This document shows, piece after piece, positions 29,626 through 39,486 of a stretch of 64,000 nt of DNA; positions within the stretch are counted from its first letter, which is position 1; every line of letters begins with the position of its first letter. This DNA comes from a virus (lineage: Duplodnaviria; Caudoviricetes), in the IMG/VR virus record IMGVR_UViG_3300047576_000027, positions 32,001-96,000 of that record. One strand, 5' to 3'. The notes under the pieces are model-generated. The model ran no database searches. It was not told the DNA's origin and saw only the letters and a list, made by a program, of their open reading frames with translations. The translations under genes and the position numbers were made by a program.

Positions 29626-30949
29626 CCGCCATCGGCCTGATATCCGGTCGCATCCCTTCTTCGCGCTGCCACTGGCCGAAAAGCGGTTCAAAGTATTTTA
29701 TCTTCGCGGCGTTTACGCCCTTCCGCGTCGAAACGGCACGCATGAAGTTATCGTACAGTTCCATCGTGGCCTTGAGTTCCGTACCGCCGCACTTAACGAG
29801 CAGATAATTACAGCAATAATCGATAACGTCCTGAAGGTTTTCTTCCCCGATCTGAAGGTATTGATTTGCAGTCGGCAACGGTGCCGGGGTCACCACGTCG
29901 GCACCAATGGAATAGGGTTGATCGACCGCGCCAGGGTTAATGACAGCGAAGTCGTAGAGGATACCAGCCATCTGCGGAATCCCGATCTGGTTGCGCCAAA
30001 ACGGGCACCCGGCATCGATGGCGGCCAGAGAATCGATCAGCAACGGATTTCCGTTACAGGTGAGCCGAATGATGGAACGGGCATCGCGGGCGAAAGCTAC
30101 CGCCTGCTTGTAGCGCTGGGATGCATATTGGGCACGGAGGGGATCTACGATCTGATTCCCGCCGGTCAGAATTTCCTCCATCGCCGCATATTTGATGGCG
30201 TAACACCATTCGTCCGGCACACCGATCAATGATGCGGGATTGGTAATATCAATCAGCAACGAATCGACCGTCACCGCTTCCAGTGTCCCGGCATTGAGCG
30301 GCGGGGGATACATCTGCAATACGAGCGGTGCAAGTTCGGCTTCCGAGTACGCCAGCGGCGCGCCGGGATCGACTTCCCATGCCTCGCTGGAATGGTCGAA
30401 CATCCATACGTCGTCGCGCCATAGATTCGACCATGCGCCGCCCGAATCCTGCCACGAGACACGGTGAACGAATACCGATGACTGGTCGAAACTCACGAGG
30501 CCGTTGGGTGGGGATACCGGTTCAAAATCGAAATGGACAGCGTTCGGGAAGTGTACGTCCAGGATGAATCTGTTCCGGGCACGCTGGATCGCTCCAGGGA
30601 TTGCAGATATCGGGACTTGCCCCGATGCATTCGCACCCGAGATGCCACTCGCCGGTTCGAGAAGGTGGTATTGAATCTCAGTTGTGAGTTGAGAGAGCGT
30701 CGTGGTCCGCGAGCGCAGAAGCGGGAGTTTTTGGCTCAGGTCGTAGAATGGACTGCGATCAGTCGGGCGAGCGTTAAAGGACCCTCTTTGACGCCAGAAA
30801 CTTGTGAGCGAACCAAAGACGCGGAGAGCCTCGTAGATTGCGTATGTGATTTCCGGTACAGTCCAAAAAACGGCGCTAGAATCATCGAGTAAAGAGGATA
30901 TCTGCGATATCAACTGCGTCAGCGTGATCTGACTGTAGCCGCTCGGCAC
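29615..30949 (-). CDS. Head-tail adaptor / tail tubular protein A-like
   Basis: ITLTQLISQISSLLDD..FWTVPEITYAIYEAL; LQMYPPP; IGVPDEWCYAIKYAA. Confidence 0.7.
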   Translation of the reverse strand: MPSGYSQITLTQLISQISSLLDDSSAVFWTVPEITYAIYEALRVFGSLTSFWRQRGSFNARPTDRSPFYDLSQKLPLLRSRTTTLSQLTTEIQYHLLEPASGISGANASGQVPISAIPGAIQRARNRFILDVHFPNAVHFDFEPVSPPNGLVSFDQSSVFVHRVSWQDSGGAWSNLWRDDVWMFDHSSEAWEVDPGAPLAYSEAELAPLVLQMYPPPLNAGTLEAVTVDSLLIDITNPASLIGVPDEWCYAIKYAAMEEILTGGNQIVDPLRAQYASQRYKQAVAFARDARSIIRLTCNGNPLLIDSLAAIDAGCPFWRNQIGIPQMAGILYDFAVINPGAVDQPYSIGADVVTPAPLPTANQYLQIGEENLQDVIDYCCNYLLVKCGGTELKATMELYDNFMRAVSTRKGVNAAKIKYFEPLFGQWQREEGMRPDIRPMAGVK

Positions 30950-31050
30950 TATGGACTTAGGTTACCGCAGTTTACAGGAGCCCATCCCCATCACCTCAAG
31001 AGCCATCCGGAGATTGTCCAGTGCTTCACAGGTGACTCCGGGCATCGTCA

Positions 31051-31239
31051 CTACTTCTTCGTATACCCGTTCTTCGGAGCAGGGGAATCCATCGTCGCTC
31101 CCGGCTTCTCCTGGGCGCGACCCAGTTTTGAACTGTCGGGGTAAACCTTCACCGGCATCTCGCGGTCGCCGGCGGATGCGCTGGTGTTCGGAACGGGTGA
31201 ATCCATTGAATTGCTTTTTCCGGGGGCTGTTTCGGTCAT
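31051..31239 (-). CDS. Small disordered virion-region protein
   Basis: AGGAG SD; internal repeat SMDSPVP/TMDSPAP. Confidence 0.55.
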   Translation of the reverse strand: MTETAPGKSNSMDSPVPNTSASAGDREMPVKVYPDSSKLGRAQEKPGATMDSPAPKNGYTKK

Positions 31240-31273
31240 ATTGAGTTCTCCTGTTTTAGAGTTTAGCGCAATG

Positions 31274-33094
31274 TCAATTACAGAACCACCCTGTATAGCC
31301 GTAAACATAAGTGCAATCCACGCTGCCCAATGCAGGTACGGTGGCATTGAGAACCGTCAACGGAGAAAAGGTCGTATTGATAAACGTGATCCTCCTTTGA
31401 TCCCAGCCGCGCGCTATAGAGGTTAAAGCCGTGCTGCCCGTAAGTCCGATAACTGCCGGATCGAGTGGGCCGGGGTCGAACGATGCGGCACTGGCCATAG
31501 TGGGAACGGTTGGTGCTCCGACATTATTTGCATAGACCCTATACGGGGTGGTTGACGAGTCCGTGAGGGGGCCGTTCGCATTTCCGCTGAGTTGGTTGCC
31601 GGTAACCGACCAGTTTGACACTCCAGAACCAATCGCAATACCGTAAGACTGAGTCGTTCCAACGTCGTAATAAGAACCGTTGAACTGACCACCGGTTATG
31701 TTCAAGCTCGTGACATTCCCTGCTGCGTACAGGCCATCGTACACGCCAATGCTGGCTATGCTGTTGCCAAGCGACCAAGCCCCGTTAATGGTGATGTTTG
31801 TACCTCCCAGGATGTCAAACCCGTGGTGGCCGTTTATCACCGACTTATAGTCGGTAAATTTTATCTGCGAAATCGTCCCCGTGCTGCCAATGTAAACCCC
31901 GTCCTGCGTGGCGCAAGCCGACGCTGAATTCGCGAATATCCAATCGTTAACTATCCCCCCTGGCGGCGGGTTGATTACAAGCCCCTGCCCCGGATTGCAG
32001 TCCAGATAGACATTTATCCAGTTGCCAAATCTGGCAGTCTGGCCGCTCGGCGGGTCAATGAGAGCATCCTTGCCGCACCCGGTCACGTAGGTATTAGTGA
32101 TATCTTCCGCAGCGTCGCCAAGGATGTGGATGCCAATGCTCGTCAGGCCGACGTCCGTACAGGCGATCTGAATGTTATTGAGGAATGTGTTGCCGCCGTT
32201 GTCTGCATTAAACGTGATTCCGTCCCCGTTGTTGTACAGGATCACGATATTGTCCCAGGTGCCACGCTGGGTGATCTCCCCCGTTTGGTAAATCCCGTTG
32301 TTGACGTAGTCAATGTTTATGTTTTTGAGGTTCAACTGAGCTTGATTATTGATATAAATTCCCGTGTTCGTATTAGATGTGGCAGGTCCGATAATTCTGA
32401 GATTCTGAAGGCAGTTGCCCTGTCCGACGCCGCCTGGAGAATGGGGGCCGTCCTCGAATATGATATTGCCGGTGGAAGGACCGAGCCAATTCAGGACTAC
32501 TGCGGGGAACGTTGAAACGCCCGACACGCACACGCCTTGTCCAATAATGGATATCTGACCGTATATATTCCATGTTCCTGCCTGGACTAAAACGTTACCG
32601 CCAGATGGTATTGTCGTCGCTGCCTCTTGAATTCCTGCGGATGCGCTTTGGACAGTCCATTGCCCGCTGTGACTGTTGGCGCAGGTCATGATAATGGTCC
32701 CTGAAGGTGCGCCAGACACGGCCGTTCCGCCCGTGACAAGACAAGATTCCGGAGTGCCAGTTCCACCGGAAGCATACATGTAGTAATTAACGTTTGTTCC
32801 GTTGACGCCGGGAGGGACTGGCCTTAGAGTGATGGAGTTTGAGCCCGGGTTGAGAGTCCCGCCTGGAGCCTGCGCCGCGAAATTAAAGTTGCTCGCGATA
32901 ACGCTTCCCTGCCCGGCGATTACCTGGCTGTAGAGATTCGCGAAATTGGTATTGATCGTGGCCCTGGAGTCGCTCACCAGCTCCGTTCCCTGTATGACCG
33001 TGGGCGGCGGGGGAGTCTGCGAAAATGCAGGCCACGCTAAAATAAGGGTTGCCGCTATGGATGCTGTAAGTCTGGTCAAGGCGTCAGTCTTCAT
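31274..33094 (-). CDS. Tailspike-like beta-helix protein with signal peptide (paralog 2)
   Basis: Likely start MKTDALTRLTASIAATLILAWPAFS-Q; anchor motif ELVSDSRATINTNFANLY; GIQEAA..GGNVLV followed by beta-helix repeats. Confidence 0.8.
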   Translation of the reverse strand: MKTDALTRLTASIAATLILAWPAFSQTPPPPTVIQGTELVSDSRATINTNFANLYSQVIAGQGSVIASNFNFAAQAPGGTLNPGSNSITLRPVPPGVNGTNVNYYMYASGGTGTPESCLVTGGTAVSGAPSGTIIMTCANSHSGQWTVQSASAGIQEAATTIPSGGNVLVQAGTWNIYGQISIIGQGVCVSGVSTFPAVVLNWLGPSTGNIIFEDGPHSPGGVGQGNCLQNLRIIGPATSNTNTGIYINNQAQLNLKNINIDYVNNGIYQTGEITQRGTWDNIVILYNNGDGITFNADNGGNTFLNNIQIACTDVGLTSIGIHILGDAAEDITNTYVTGCGKDALIDPPSGQTARFGNWINVYLDCNPGQGLVINPPPGGIVNDWIFANSASACATQDGVYIGSTGTISQIKFTDYKSVINGHHGFDILGGTNITINGAWSLGNSIASIGVYDGLYAAGNVTSLNITGGQFNGSYYDVGTTQSYGIAIGSGVSNWSVTGNQLSGNANGPLTDSSTTPYRVYANNVGAPTVPTMASAASFDPGPLDPAVIGLTGSTALTSIARGWDQRRITFINTTFSPLTVLNATVPALGSVDCTYVYGYTGWFCN

Positions 33095-33108
33095 CTCTTG
33101 TTTTCGCC

Positions 33109-35193
33109 TTAAAAGGTGGTAAGTGCCGACCGTTTCCAGGTGTTCGTCGCCGTGCAGACGTAAAAATACGAGGTGTCCCAAACCGCCGTTCCCGTTATGC
33201 ACGTGCTGGAGCTGCTGGGAGGGGTTGCAAGAGGTTGATTAAAAACCCCGGTAATAGTCAGGTTTCCGGCACTGTCCACGATCAAAGGCGAAACCAACCC
33301 CGATCCTGTCTCGAACACCGCGTTCAGTTTTCCACCTATCGGCCCCAACCACCACACCCCGCTGGCAGTCGTGCTACCTCCTATGGAGAAGATCAAGTTT
33401 GATATATTCCCTGAGGCCGAACGGTCAACCAGCAGGCTTGATGCCGATTGTCCGGAACCGAAAATAGAAGACGGGCCAGTTGTCGTGACGAGCGGAGCCT
33501 GCAACGATACGCTTGCATTTACTGTTTGCGGGTATTGCACACCATCGCACTCGTAAACGCCGTTTAAAACTGACGTCCCAATACCGGACGGAAACACGCA
33601 TCCCCACCCGACTCCGCTGTTGGCTCTCACCTGGTTCCAGTCGTTATTTGTGACCGAGATAAATGTCCCTGCCCCGCTTCCCTTGTCATCGGTCCTGTTC
33701 CCAATTATTGTGGCGCGCGCGCTCTGCACGTTTATGGTCGGGTGAGTATAACTCGTGTTGCCCTGCCTGAAAAAGTGCCCGTCATTAACGATAAGACTTC
33801 CGCCCCCGGAGGTTGAGTCGCTGATGCTTGATATGTCGGCAGCCAGAGTCCACATCCAGGCATTAGTTATCTGTAAGTCCATCTCTCCATCCCCCGACAG
33901 CAAAACCAGAGGGCTGGAACCGGCAGTGCCGCCAGGATAGAAGAAGAAGTTTGTCGCCTTGACGTTCGTTGGTTGCCCCGGACAGCTTGAATTGGATACG
34001 TTCAGAACGGGAATGGAACCCAAGCTCCCCTGTGAAAAGCTGGTATTTGTGAACTCGTAGAATCCGCAGGTGATGTTTATATCGCCGTTGGTGTCAACCG
34101 TGGTGTTTACGAAGTGTGCGGGGAATGCCCACCCGCCAGATCCGACTACCGAATTGTATCCGCCGACCGAGTGAATCGAATAGGTGAAGTAATCAGTAAC
34201 ATGCAGGTCGTCTGCGCGCCCTATGTAAAGACCGTATATGTTGTTGGACAAATTTGTGAACGCGCTCAGTTGATTTGCTGTCATTTGATTCGCGACGGTT
34301 CCGTAAGGCCAAAATCGGACTTTGTCCAGATAAGTAGAGTCTGCTGCTCCGTCGATCTGAATCCCCTTGTCAAACATCGATGCCTGTAGATTTGTAATGG
34401 ATGAGCCGCCCGCCTCAGCCCTCATGTCAACAACGTCCCATGCCAAAAAGACGCTTACATTGGTAATCGAAAATCTGGATACACCCTGAAAATAGAATGT
34501 TGGTGGCCAGTGGGTATAAAGGGAAATATTCGTCGAATCCGGTTGCGCATAAGTTACATTGAAATCGTGTACAACACAGCCGAATCCGGCAAAAGGAGCA
34601 CCGATAAACAGACCTTGCACGGTCAGGGGAAAATCAGCAGCAACCGTCAACGTCGTCGTCCAGATACCTTGCCCTCCAATGTTTTGATTTAGAGGGCAGT
34701 AAACCGGCCCGTGTATGGTCACCGGAGCGGTGATCTGCACGCTGGTATTGCCCGCGGCGATGGCTTCAGGGAGTCCTCCCGCAACAGACCGGACTGACCA
34801 TGCTCCGCTATGTGAATTGGCCGCAATGAACGTTATCGTCCCGACAGATGCCCCCGAGATGCACGACCCGCCAGTTATCATATCGGACTCGGCATTCCCC
34901 GACCCGCCATAAAAATATAGCCAGTGGTCCGTGTCGTTTCCATTGACGCCCTGGGGACACGGAGACAGTGTGACTATGTTGAAGCCGGGGGAAATGGTGC
35001 CGCCCGGCATCTGCGGCGTAAAATTGTAGTTCTGGGCGGCTACAATCGGGAGACTGAGGAACTGATTCTCCAGGTATGCGAAATTATTGTTAATAATCGT
35101 GGGGCCGTTGCTGATGAGGTCGTTGGGCTGAATAACCGTTATCTGACCTGCCGCCACAGATGAAAACAACAATGCCAGAACAATCTTTTCCAT
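33109..35193 (-). CDS. Tailspike-like beta-helix protein with signal peptide (paralog 1)
   Basis: AGGAG SD, MEKIVLALLFSSVAAG-Q; anchor motif DLISNGPTIINNNFAYL; beta-helix; C-terminal CITGTAVWDTSYFYVCTATNTWKR fibre motif. Confidence 0.8.
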   Translation of the reverse strand: MEKIVLALLFSSVAAGQITVIQPNDLISNGPTIINNNFAYLENQFLSLPIVAAQNYNFTPQMPGGTISPGFNIVTLSPCPQGVNGNDTDHWLYFYGGSGNAESDMITGGSCISGASVGTITFIAANSHSGAWSVRSVAGGLPEAIAAGNTSVQITAPVTIHGPVYCPLNQNIGGQGIWTTTLTVAADFPLTVQGLFIGAPFAGFGCVVHDFNVTYAQPDSTNISLYTHWPPTFYFQGVSRFSITNVSVFLAWDVVDMRAEAGGSSITNLQASMFDKGIQIDGAADSTYLDKVRFWPYGTVANQMTANQLSAFTNLSNNIYGLYIGRADDLHVTDYFTYSIHSVGGYNSVVGSGGWAFPAHFVNTTVDTNGDINITCGFYEFTNTSFSQGSLGSIPVLNVSNSSCPGQPTNVKATNFFFYPGGTAGSSPLVLLSGDGEMDLQITNAWMWTLAADISSISDSTSGGGSLIVNDGHFFRQGNTSYTHPTINVQSARATIIGNRTDDKGSGAGTFISVTNNDWNQVRANSGVGWGCVFPSGIGTSVLNGVYECDGVQYPQTVNASVSLQAPLVTTTGPSSIFGSGQSASSLLVDRSASGNISNLIFSIGGSTTASGVWWLGPIGGKLNAVFETGSGLVSPLIVDSAGNLTITGVFNQPLATPPSSSSTCITGTAVWDTSYFYVCTATNTWKRSALTTF

Positions 35194-35207
35194 TATTTTC
35201 ACTTCTC

Positions 35208-37775
35208 CTAAAATGACAAAAACGGTGCGTGCGTTGCCTGCCAGTGCCCGTCGTTCCACGGCCCCGCGAACGGCCAGTCTTCGTATGTAAGCCTTGTGAT
35301 TCCAATATTTTCGTCGTTAACTTCCAGATCCACTATCAGATTCTCATACCGCTCCCGATGATAATTAGCCAGTTGCAGGCTGAAGTACGGATTGGGGTGA
35401 TCCATATCCGCGCCGGGGTACGTCGCACATTTCTCAAGTGCCATCTCCAGAATTATTTCTCCGCGATTCGCAATGGGTGGGGGGAGAATAGGATTCTGCG
35501 CGGTCAGGTCGGTTTCCTTGACAAAGTAGATGAACGGGTACAGGTAACCATTAAAAGATGGCGCAGGCCACAGTTCATACCGCGCTACCCCGCTCGTGAG
35601 AATTGATTCGGCGTTGATAGTGAACACGTCGCCGGCCACGTAAATGAGCGGACTCCCCCATGTATTGTTGTCGTCTTCCCACGGGATCGGCAGTTCCTGC
35701 CAGGTCGGCCCTGTTCCGCTGGGCCAGTAAACCTGTACGCCATCCGCGAGATCCTGCGGGGTTGTGGATGTGACAACCGGCAGGGAGAATACCAGTTGTC
35801 CGGCCCGCATCCACTGGAATGTGGCTACCCCGGCAGGGCCGCCGGTTACCACCTGGATGATGTAGACGGCACTGTCCGGGTATGTATATCCGAGTGTAGT
35901 TACAGAAACAGGTGCCGGGTCTGTGGGAGATGTTACGGAGTTTACCGGGCCGATGATGCCGCCAAGATTGTTCGTAAAATCGTAGAATGCGATAGCGTAC
36001 GTCTGCCCCTGGTTGGTCCGTTGCGGGTCGAGCATCGCCAGTTCATATTCCGTCGCCTGAGTCCACAACCTGTATCCGTCTTTGATGGATACGGCTACCT
36101 CAAAATAGCCGAAGTCGGCGGGGACCGGATAATACACCTGCAAAATCTGATAAGCGACAACTGAGACATCCTCGCCCGCCCACGGCTGATCGATGAGAAT
36201 TTGGTTGGCTGAAAGCCATCCGGTAATCGTGTAGTAGGGGAAAAGCAAACCGCCGGCCCGTATCTGAGATCCGATCATGGATGGGGTCCATTCCGTCCCC
36301 GTGCCGGTGATAAGGTTCGGATTCCCGTTCGCCACATTCGTTGATACCCATCCGGCAGAGTAAAGCGTCGGCGGGGCGAATGTTCCGGACTTTCTCCGCC
36401 AGGACCAGTCCTTGCGTGCCTGAAGAGCGTGCCATGAATCGTTGATCATTTGCTCGGCAAGCTGGATGCCGATAGCGGGACAACGGTCGAGAAGCCTGTT
36501 TGAGAGAGTATTGAAATCGTCTCCGCCAGTCGATCCCGAGATGAGTGCCGGACGCGGTCGTATAGTCCACGGCGCGGGGGCCATCGGGTAATTTTCGTAA
36601 TTCCGGTTGGATACGGACACCTCTTCGTCAGCGGTTGCAAGCTCAGCAATGAATTTGTCTGCCCGTGTCTCGTGCAGGCTGGCAAGTTCCAGGTTGAAAT
36701 AAACGTTCGGATGCTCGCTGTCCTGCCCCGGAAACCGTGCGCAGGCAGCAAGCGCCATCTCCAGAATCACATCCCCGCGATTAGCGACAAATGGCGGCAG
36801 CGTCGGATTTTCCGCGTTGATATCGTATTCTTTTGCGATGTAAATATAGGGGTAAACGGAACCGGCGCCCGTGGGTGTCGGAGATGGCCATAATTCATAT
36901 CGAGGCGCACTCTGTGTTACCTGTGATTTACAATTGATAATGAACGAATCCCCGGCCACGTATGTACCGGCCGGCCAGTAAACCTGCACGCCATCACTCA
37001 GGTCCTGCACGCTCCCCGAAGTGATCTGTATCGGCTGAAAGGACTGCTGTCCTGCGCGAAGCCACTGGAATGTGGCCGTTCCCACTGTGCCGCCGGACAC
37101 GACCTGAACGACGTACGATGCGTCTGCCGGATAACTGTAACCGAATGTTGTAGTACTTATGGGTGCCGGACCGGTGGGCGACGTGACCGGGATTACGGGA
37201 CCGATAACACCGCTGTAGTTGACGGTAAAGTCGCGGAATGCTGTAGCAAAAGCCGTTCCCTGGTTGGTCCGCTGCGGGTCGAGGACTGCCAGTTCGTTCT
37301 GAGTTACCGAAGTCCAGAGCCTCTGGTTGTTCTGAGTCGAAACAACGACATGGAAATAGTTGAAATCCGCCGGAACGGAATAGTAAGTCCGCAGTATTTG
37401 GTACTGCTGCGATAAGACGTCGGGGCCAGCCCACGGCTGGTCGATCAGTATCTGGCCGGGGGAAAGATACTGCGAGATCGTGTAGAACGGATAAAGGGGA
37501 CCGCCGATCCGGATTTGCAATCCGACCATTTGGGGAGTCCAGTTGCCCGTTCCGCTGATGAGATTGGGATAGCCAAGTGCGGCGGCTGTGGATGCCGCCC
37601 CGACACTGTACACAACTGGCGGCGAAAACGTGCCCGATCTCCGCCTGAAACTCCACTCCCTGCGCGCCTGGAACTGGTGCCACGCATCATTAACCAACTG
37701 GCCCGCGAGAACAATCCCCACCGCCGGGCAGCGATTCTGGAGTCGATTGGTGAGCGTGGTGAAATTATCGGCCAT
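35208..37775 (-). CDS. Head-tail adaptor-like protein made of two tandem copies
   Basis: MADNFTTLTNRLQNRCPAVG..WSFRRRSGTF repeated as DDFNTLSNRLLDRCPAIG..WSWRRKSGTF from about 36520; each half has RYELWP..YP.IY. Confidence 0.75.
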   Translation of the reverse strand: MADNFTTLTNRLQNRCPAVGIVLAGQLVNDAWHQFQARREWSFRRRSGTFSPPVVYSVGAASTAAALGYPNLISGTGNWTPQMVGLQIRIGGPLYPFYTISQYLSPGQILIDQPWAGPDVLSQQYQILRTYYSVPADFNYFHVVVSTQNNQRLWTSVTQNELAVLDPQRTNQGTAFATAFRDFTVNYSGVIGPVIPVTSPTGPAPISTTTFGYSYPADASYVVQVVSGGTVGTATFQWLRAGQQSFQPIQITSGSVQDLSDGVQVYWPAGTYVAGDSFIINCKSQVTQSAPRYELWPSPTPTGAGSVYPYIYIAKEYDINAENPTLPPFVANRGDVILEMALAACARFPGQDSEHPNVYFNLELASLHETRADKFIAELATADEEVSVSNRNYENYPMAPAPWTIRPRPALISGSTGGDDFNTLSNRLLDRCPAIGIQLAEQMINDSWHALQARKDWSWRRKSGTFAPPTLYSAGWVSTNVANGNPNLITGTGTEWTPSMIGSQIRAGGLLFPYYTITGWLSANQILIDQPWAGEDVSVVAYQILQVYYPVPADFGYFEVAVSIKDGYRLWTQATEYELAMLDPQRTNQGQTYAIAFYDFTNNLGGIIGPVNSVTSPTDPAPVSVTTLGYTYPDSAVYIIQVVTGGPAGVATFQWMRAGQLVFSLPVVTSTTPQDLADGVQVYWPSGTGPTWQELPIPWEDDNNTWGSPLIYVAGDVFTINAESILTSGVARYELWPAPSFNGYLYPFIYFVKETDLTAQNPILPPPIANRGEIILEMALEKCATYPGADMDHPNPYFSLQLANYHRERYENLIVDLEVNDENIGITRLTYEDWPFAGPWNDGHWQATHAPFLSF

Positions 37776-37841
37776 TCAACATCACAAATAAAAATAGCCA
37801 CCGCCCCGAAGACGATGGCCCGATGATTCAAGTGTCAAAAG

Positions 37842-38162
37842 TCAGCCTTTCTTCATGGACCGTTCTTTTTTCTTCATTCCCGCACTTTCGTGCTTACGGC
37901 CAGCTTCCTTGTGCATCCCAACCGCCTCATCCAGCCGCGCCTTGAACTGATGACCGAGCGTTTTTCTGAGATGACCGACAGCACTGGACATCGAAGTATG
38001 GACGGCAGACTCCCGCTTGTGCATCCCATAAGGGTCGCCCTTATTGCCCTTTTCGAGCCGCTCCGTGTGACTGATTAAGCCACCCACGGCCGGTTCAAAC
38101 CGGATGTCGGATACTTTGCTCTCCATGTGTTTTTGGCTCAGGTCTTCGGGCATTAGGATCAA
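37842..38162 (-). CDS. Small His/Lys-rich protein
   Basis: Basic C-terminus KHESAGMKKKERSMKKG. Confidence 0.55.
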   Translation of the reverse strand: MILMPEDLSQKHMESKVSDIRFEPAVGGLISHTERLEKGNKGDPYGMHKRESAVHTSMSSAVGHLRKTLGHQFKARLDEAVGMHKEAGRKHESAGMKKKERSMKKG

Positions 38163-38353
38163 TCCTTTTTGTGAGACGCTTTTCGGTAGACTTCCGCGAG
38201 TCTCGCCCGCTTGCCAAGTTTACCTGGTGCTTTTGCGTCTTTCTGGAGAGTCTTCAATGGAATCGTGCGCCCAGCCTTAATGTGAAGTTCTTTGCGCAAA
38301 GCTCCTTTTTTGGGATGAACATCCTGCATCCAATGCTCTTTTTCCTCAGCCAT
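38159..38353 (-). CDS. Small basic phage protein
   Basis: KKGALRKELHIKAGRTIP..GKLGKRARLAE, a pattern common in podovirus head regions. Confidence 0.7.
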   Translation of the reverse strand: MAEEKEHWMQDVHPKKGALRKELHIKAGRTIPLKTLQKDAKAPGKLGKRARLAEVYRKASHKKD

Positions 38354-38531
38354 TCACCCCTCCGCTCCCCGTTCCCATCACCGCTTCCAGCCGGTCAATA
38401 TCCTCCCGGTTGGTCACTACTTTACTCAGTCCCTCCGCGAATTGAAGTTCAAGAGCATCCGGCCTGGTAACGATCCGGTTTACGTTTTCCAGGTTGAAGC
38501 GGTCCCCGTTGGCAAATTTGAAGATTAGCAA
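38346..38531 (-). CDS. Hypothetical protein
   Basis: GGAGGGG SD, TTG start. Confidence 0.5.
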   Translation of the reverse strand: MLIFKFANGDRFNLENVNRIVTRPDALELQFAEGLSKVVTNREDIDRLEAVMGTGSGGVNG

Positions 38532-38563
38532 TGGATCACCCCCTCCGGGGTATAGTTACCCCT

Positions 38564-38809
38564 TTAGCCAACGCGCGAGAAAACCGCTACTGAGGCCGCC
38601 CAGGCTCCCGCCGTTACGAAAGTAATGGTACTGCCGGATATGGTGACCCCCACGGCAATCGCAGTGGTAGGGCTGGCATTCACCCACCGGATATCCGCCT
38701 GAGGACAGGCGAACGTATCGCCATTATTTCCCGCGAGCGTGTAAACCTTGAGAATGCAGTCCCCAATGTCGCTGCGCTGCGTCACTGCTGTTGCTGTAAG
38801 AGCGGCCAT
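38564..38809 (-). CDS. Small virion beta protein
   Basis: GGGAGA SD; Ala/Thr/Val-rich; follows the decoration gene. Confidence 0.6.
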   Translation of the reverse strand: MAALTATAVTQRSDIGDCILKVYTLAGNNGDTFACPQADIRWVNASPTTAIAVGVTISGSTITFVTAGAWAASVAVFSRVG

Positions 38810-38850
38810 CTGTTCTCCCTGTAATCGCTCAATCTTTAATCACTGAATCG

Positions 38851-39486
38851 TTAGTCGCTGAATCCGATGTTGATATCGGCAGTGCCGACTGTGATCCCGC
38901 CGGATGTGCTCGTGGTCGCCGTAGTCCAGACTCCGAGAGCCTGAGTAGGCGCTGCGGTGCCTACCGCGCTGCTGATCGCATTGGCACTGTTGGCTGCTGT
39001 GTTGGCGCTGGCGAATCCGCCCTGAGTGATTGACCCGGACGCGGCCAGAGTAGCGTTCTGTTTCTGGAGAATAAGATCCGTTACGTAAAGCTGTGGATTG
39101 CCATCCGACCCGTTGACGCCCGGGGTGGTGGTAACCGCTACCTGGAACACACCCGCAACGCGGTTGGGCGCGGCGGTGGGGCCGAGGTCGCAGAACCGGG
39201 GATCGTTGGTGACGAGGGCCGTGAGGGTATTACTGCCCCCGCCCGCTGATCCGGGCTGGCCCTGAACTTTCCAGTACGCAAGCTGACCAGGCGCGACTGC
39301 TCCGACTGGCGTGGCTGATGTGGCTCCGGAGTCGAGCTGGACCCGAAGGTACTTGCCGCCAACGTTTTGGTCGGTGAAGGAACAACCGATTTCGCCGGGA
39401 CTATAAATAGGAGTCGGCGTGTTGGTTTTGTCGGGCGTCCCATTGTACATATAGGGGTTCGCAATCGTCGGATAAACTTGAGCCAT
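38851..39486 (-). CDS. Capsid decoration/cement protein
   Basis: Directly downstream of the capsid gene; PGEIG..GKYLRVQL..GQLAYW..VAGVFQ. Confidence 0.65.
   Translation of the reverse strand: MAQVYPTIANPYMYNGTPDKTNTPTPIYSPGEIGCSFTDQNVGGKYLRVQLDSGATSATPVGAVAPGQLAYWKVQGQPGSAGGGSNTLTALVTNDPRFCDLGPTAAPNRVAGVFQVAVTTTPGVNGSDGNPQLYVTDLILQKQNATLAASGSITQGGFASANTAANSANAISSAVGTAAPTQALGVWTTATTSTSGGITVGTADINIGFSD

Noticed and set aside
31274-37775. Diversity-generating retroelement acting on repeated tail genes
   Set aside because: No reverse transcriptase in the window, and the repeats are diverged protein-level paralogs rather than near-identical TR/VR pairs differing at adenines.
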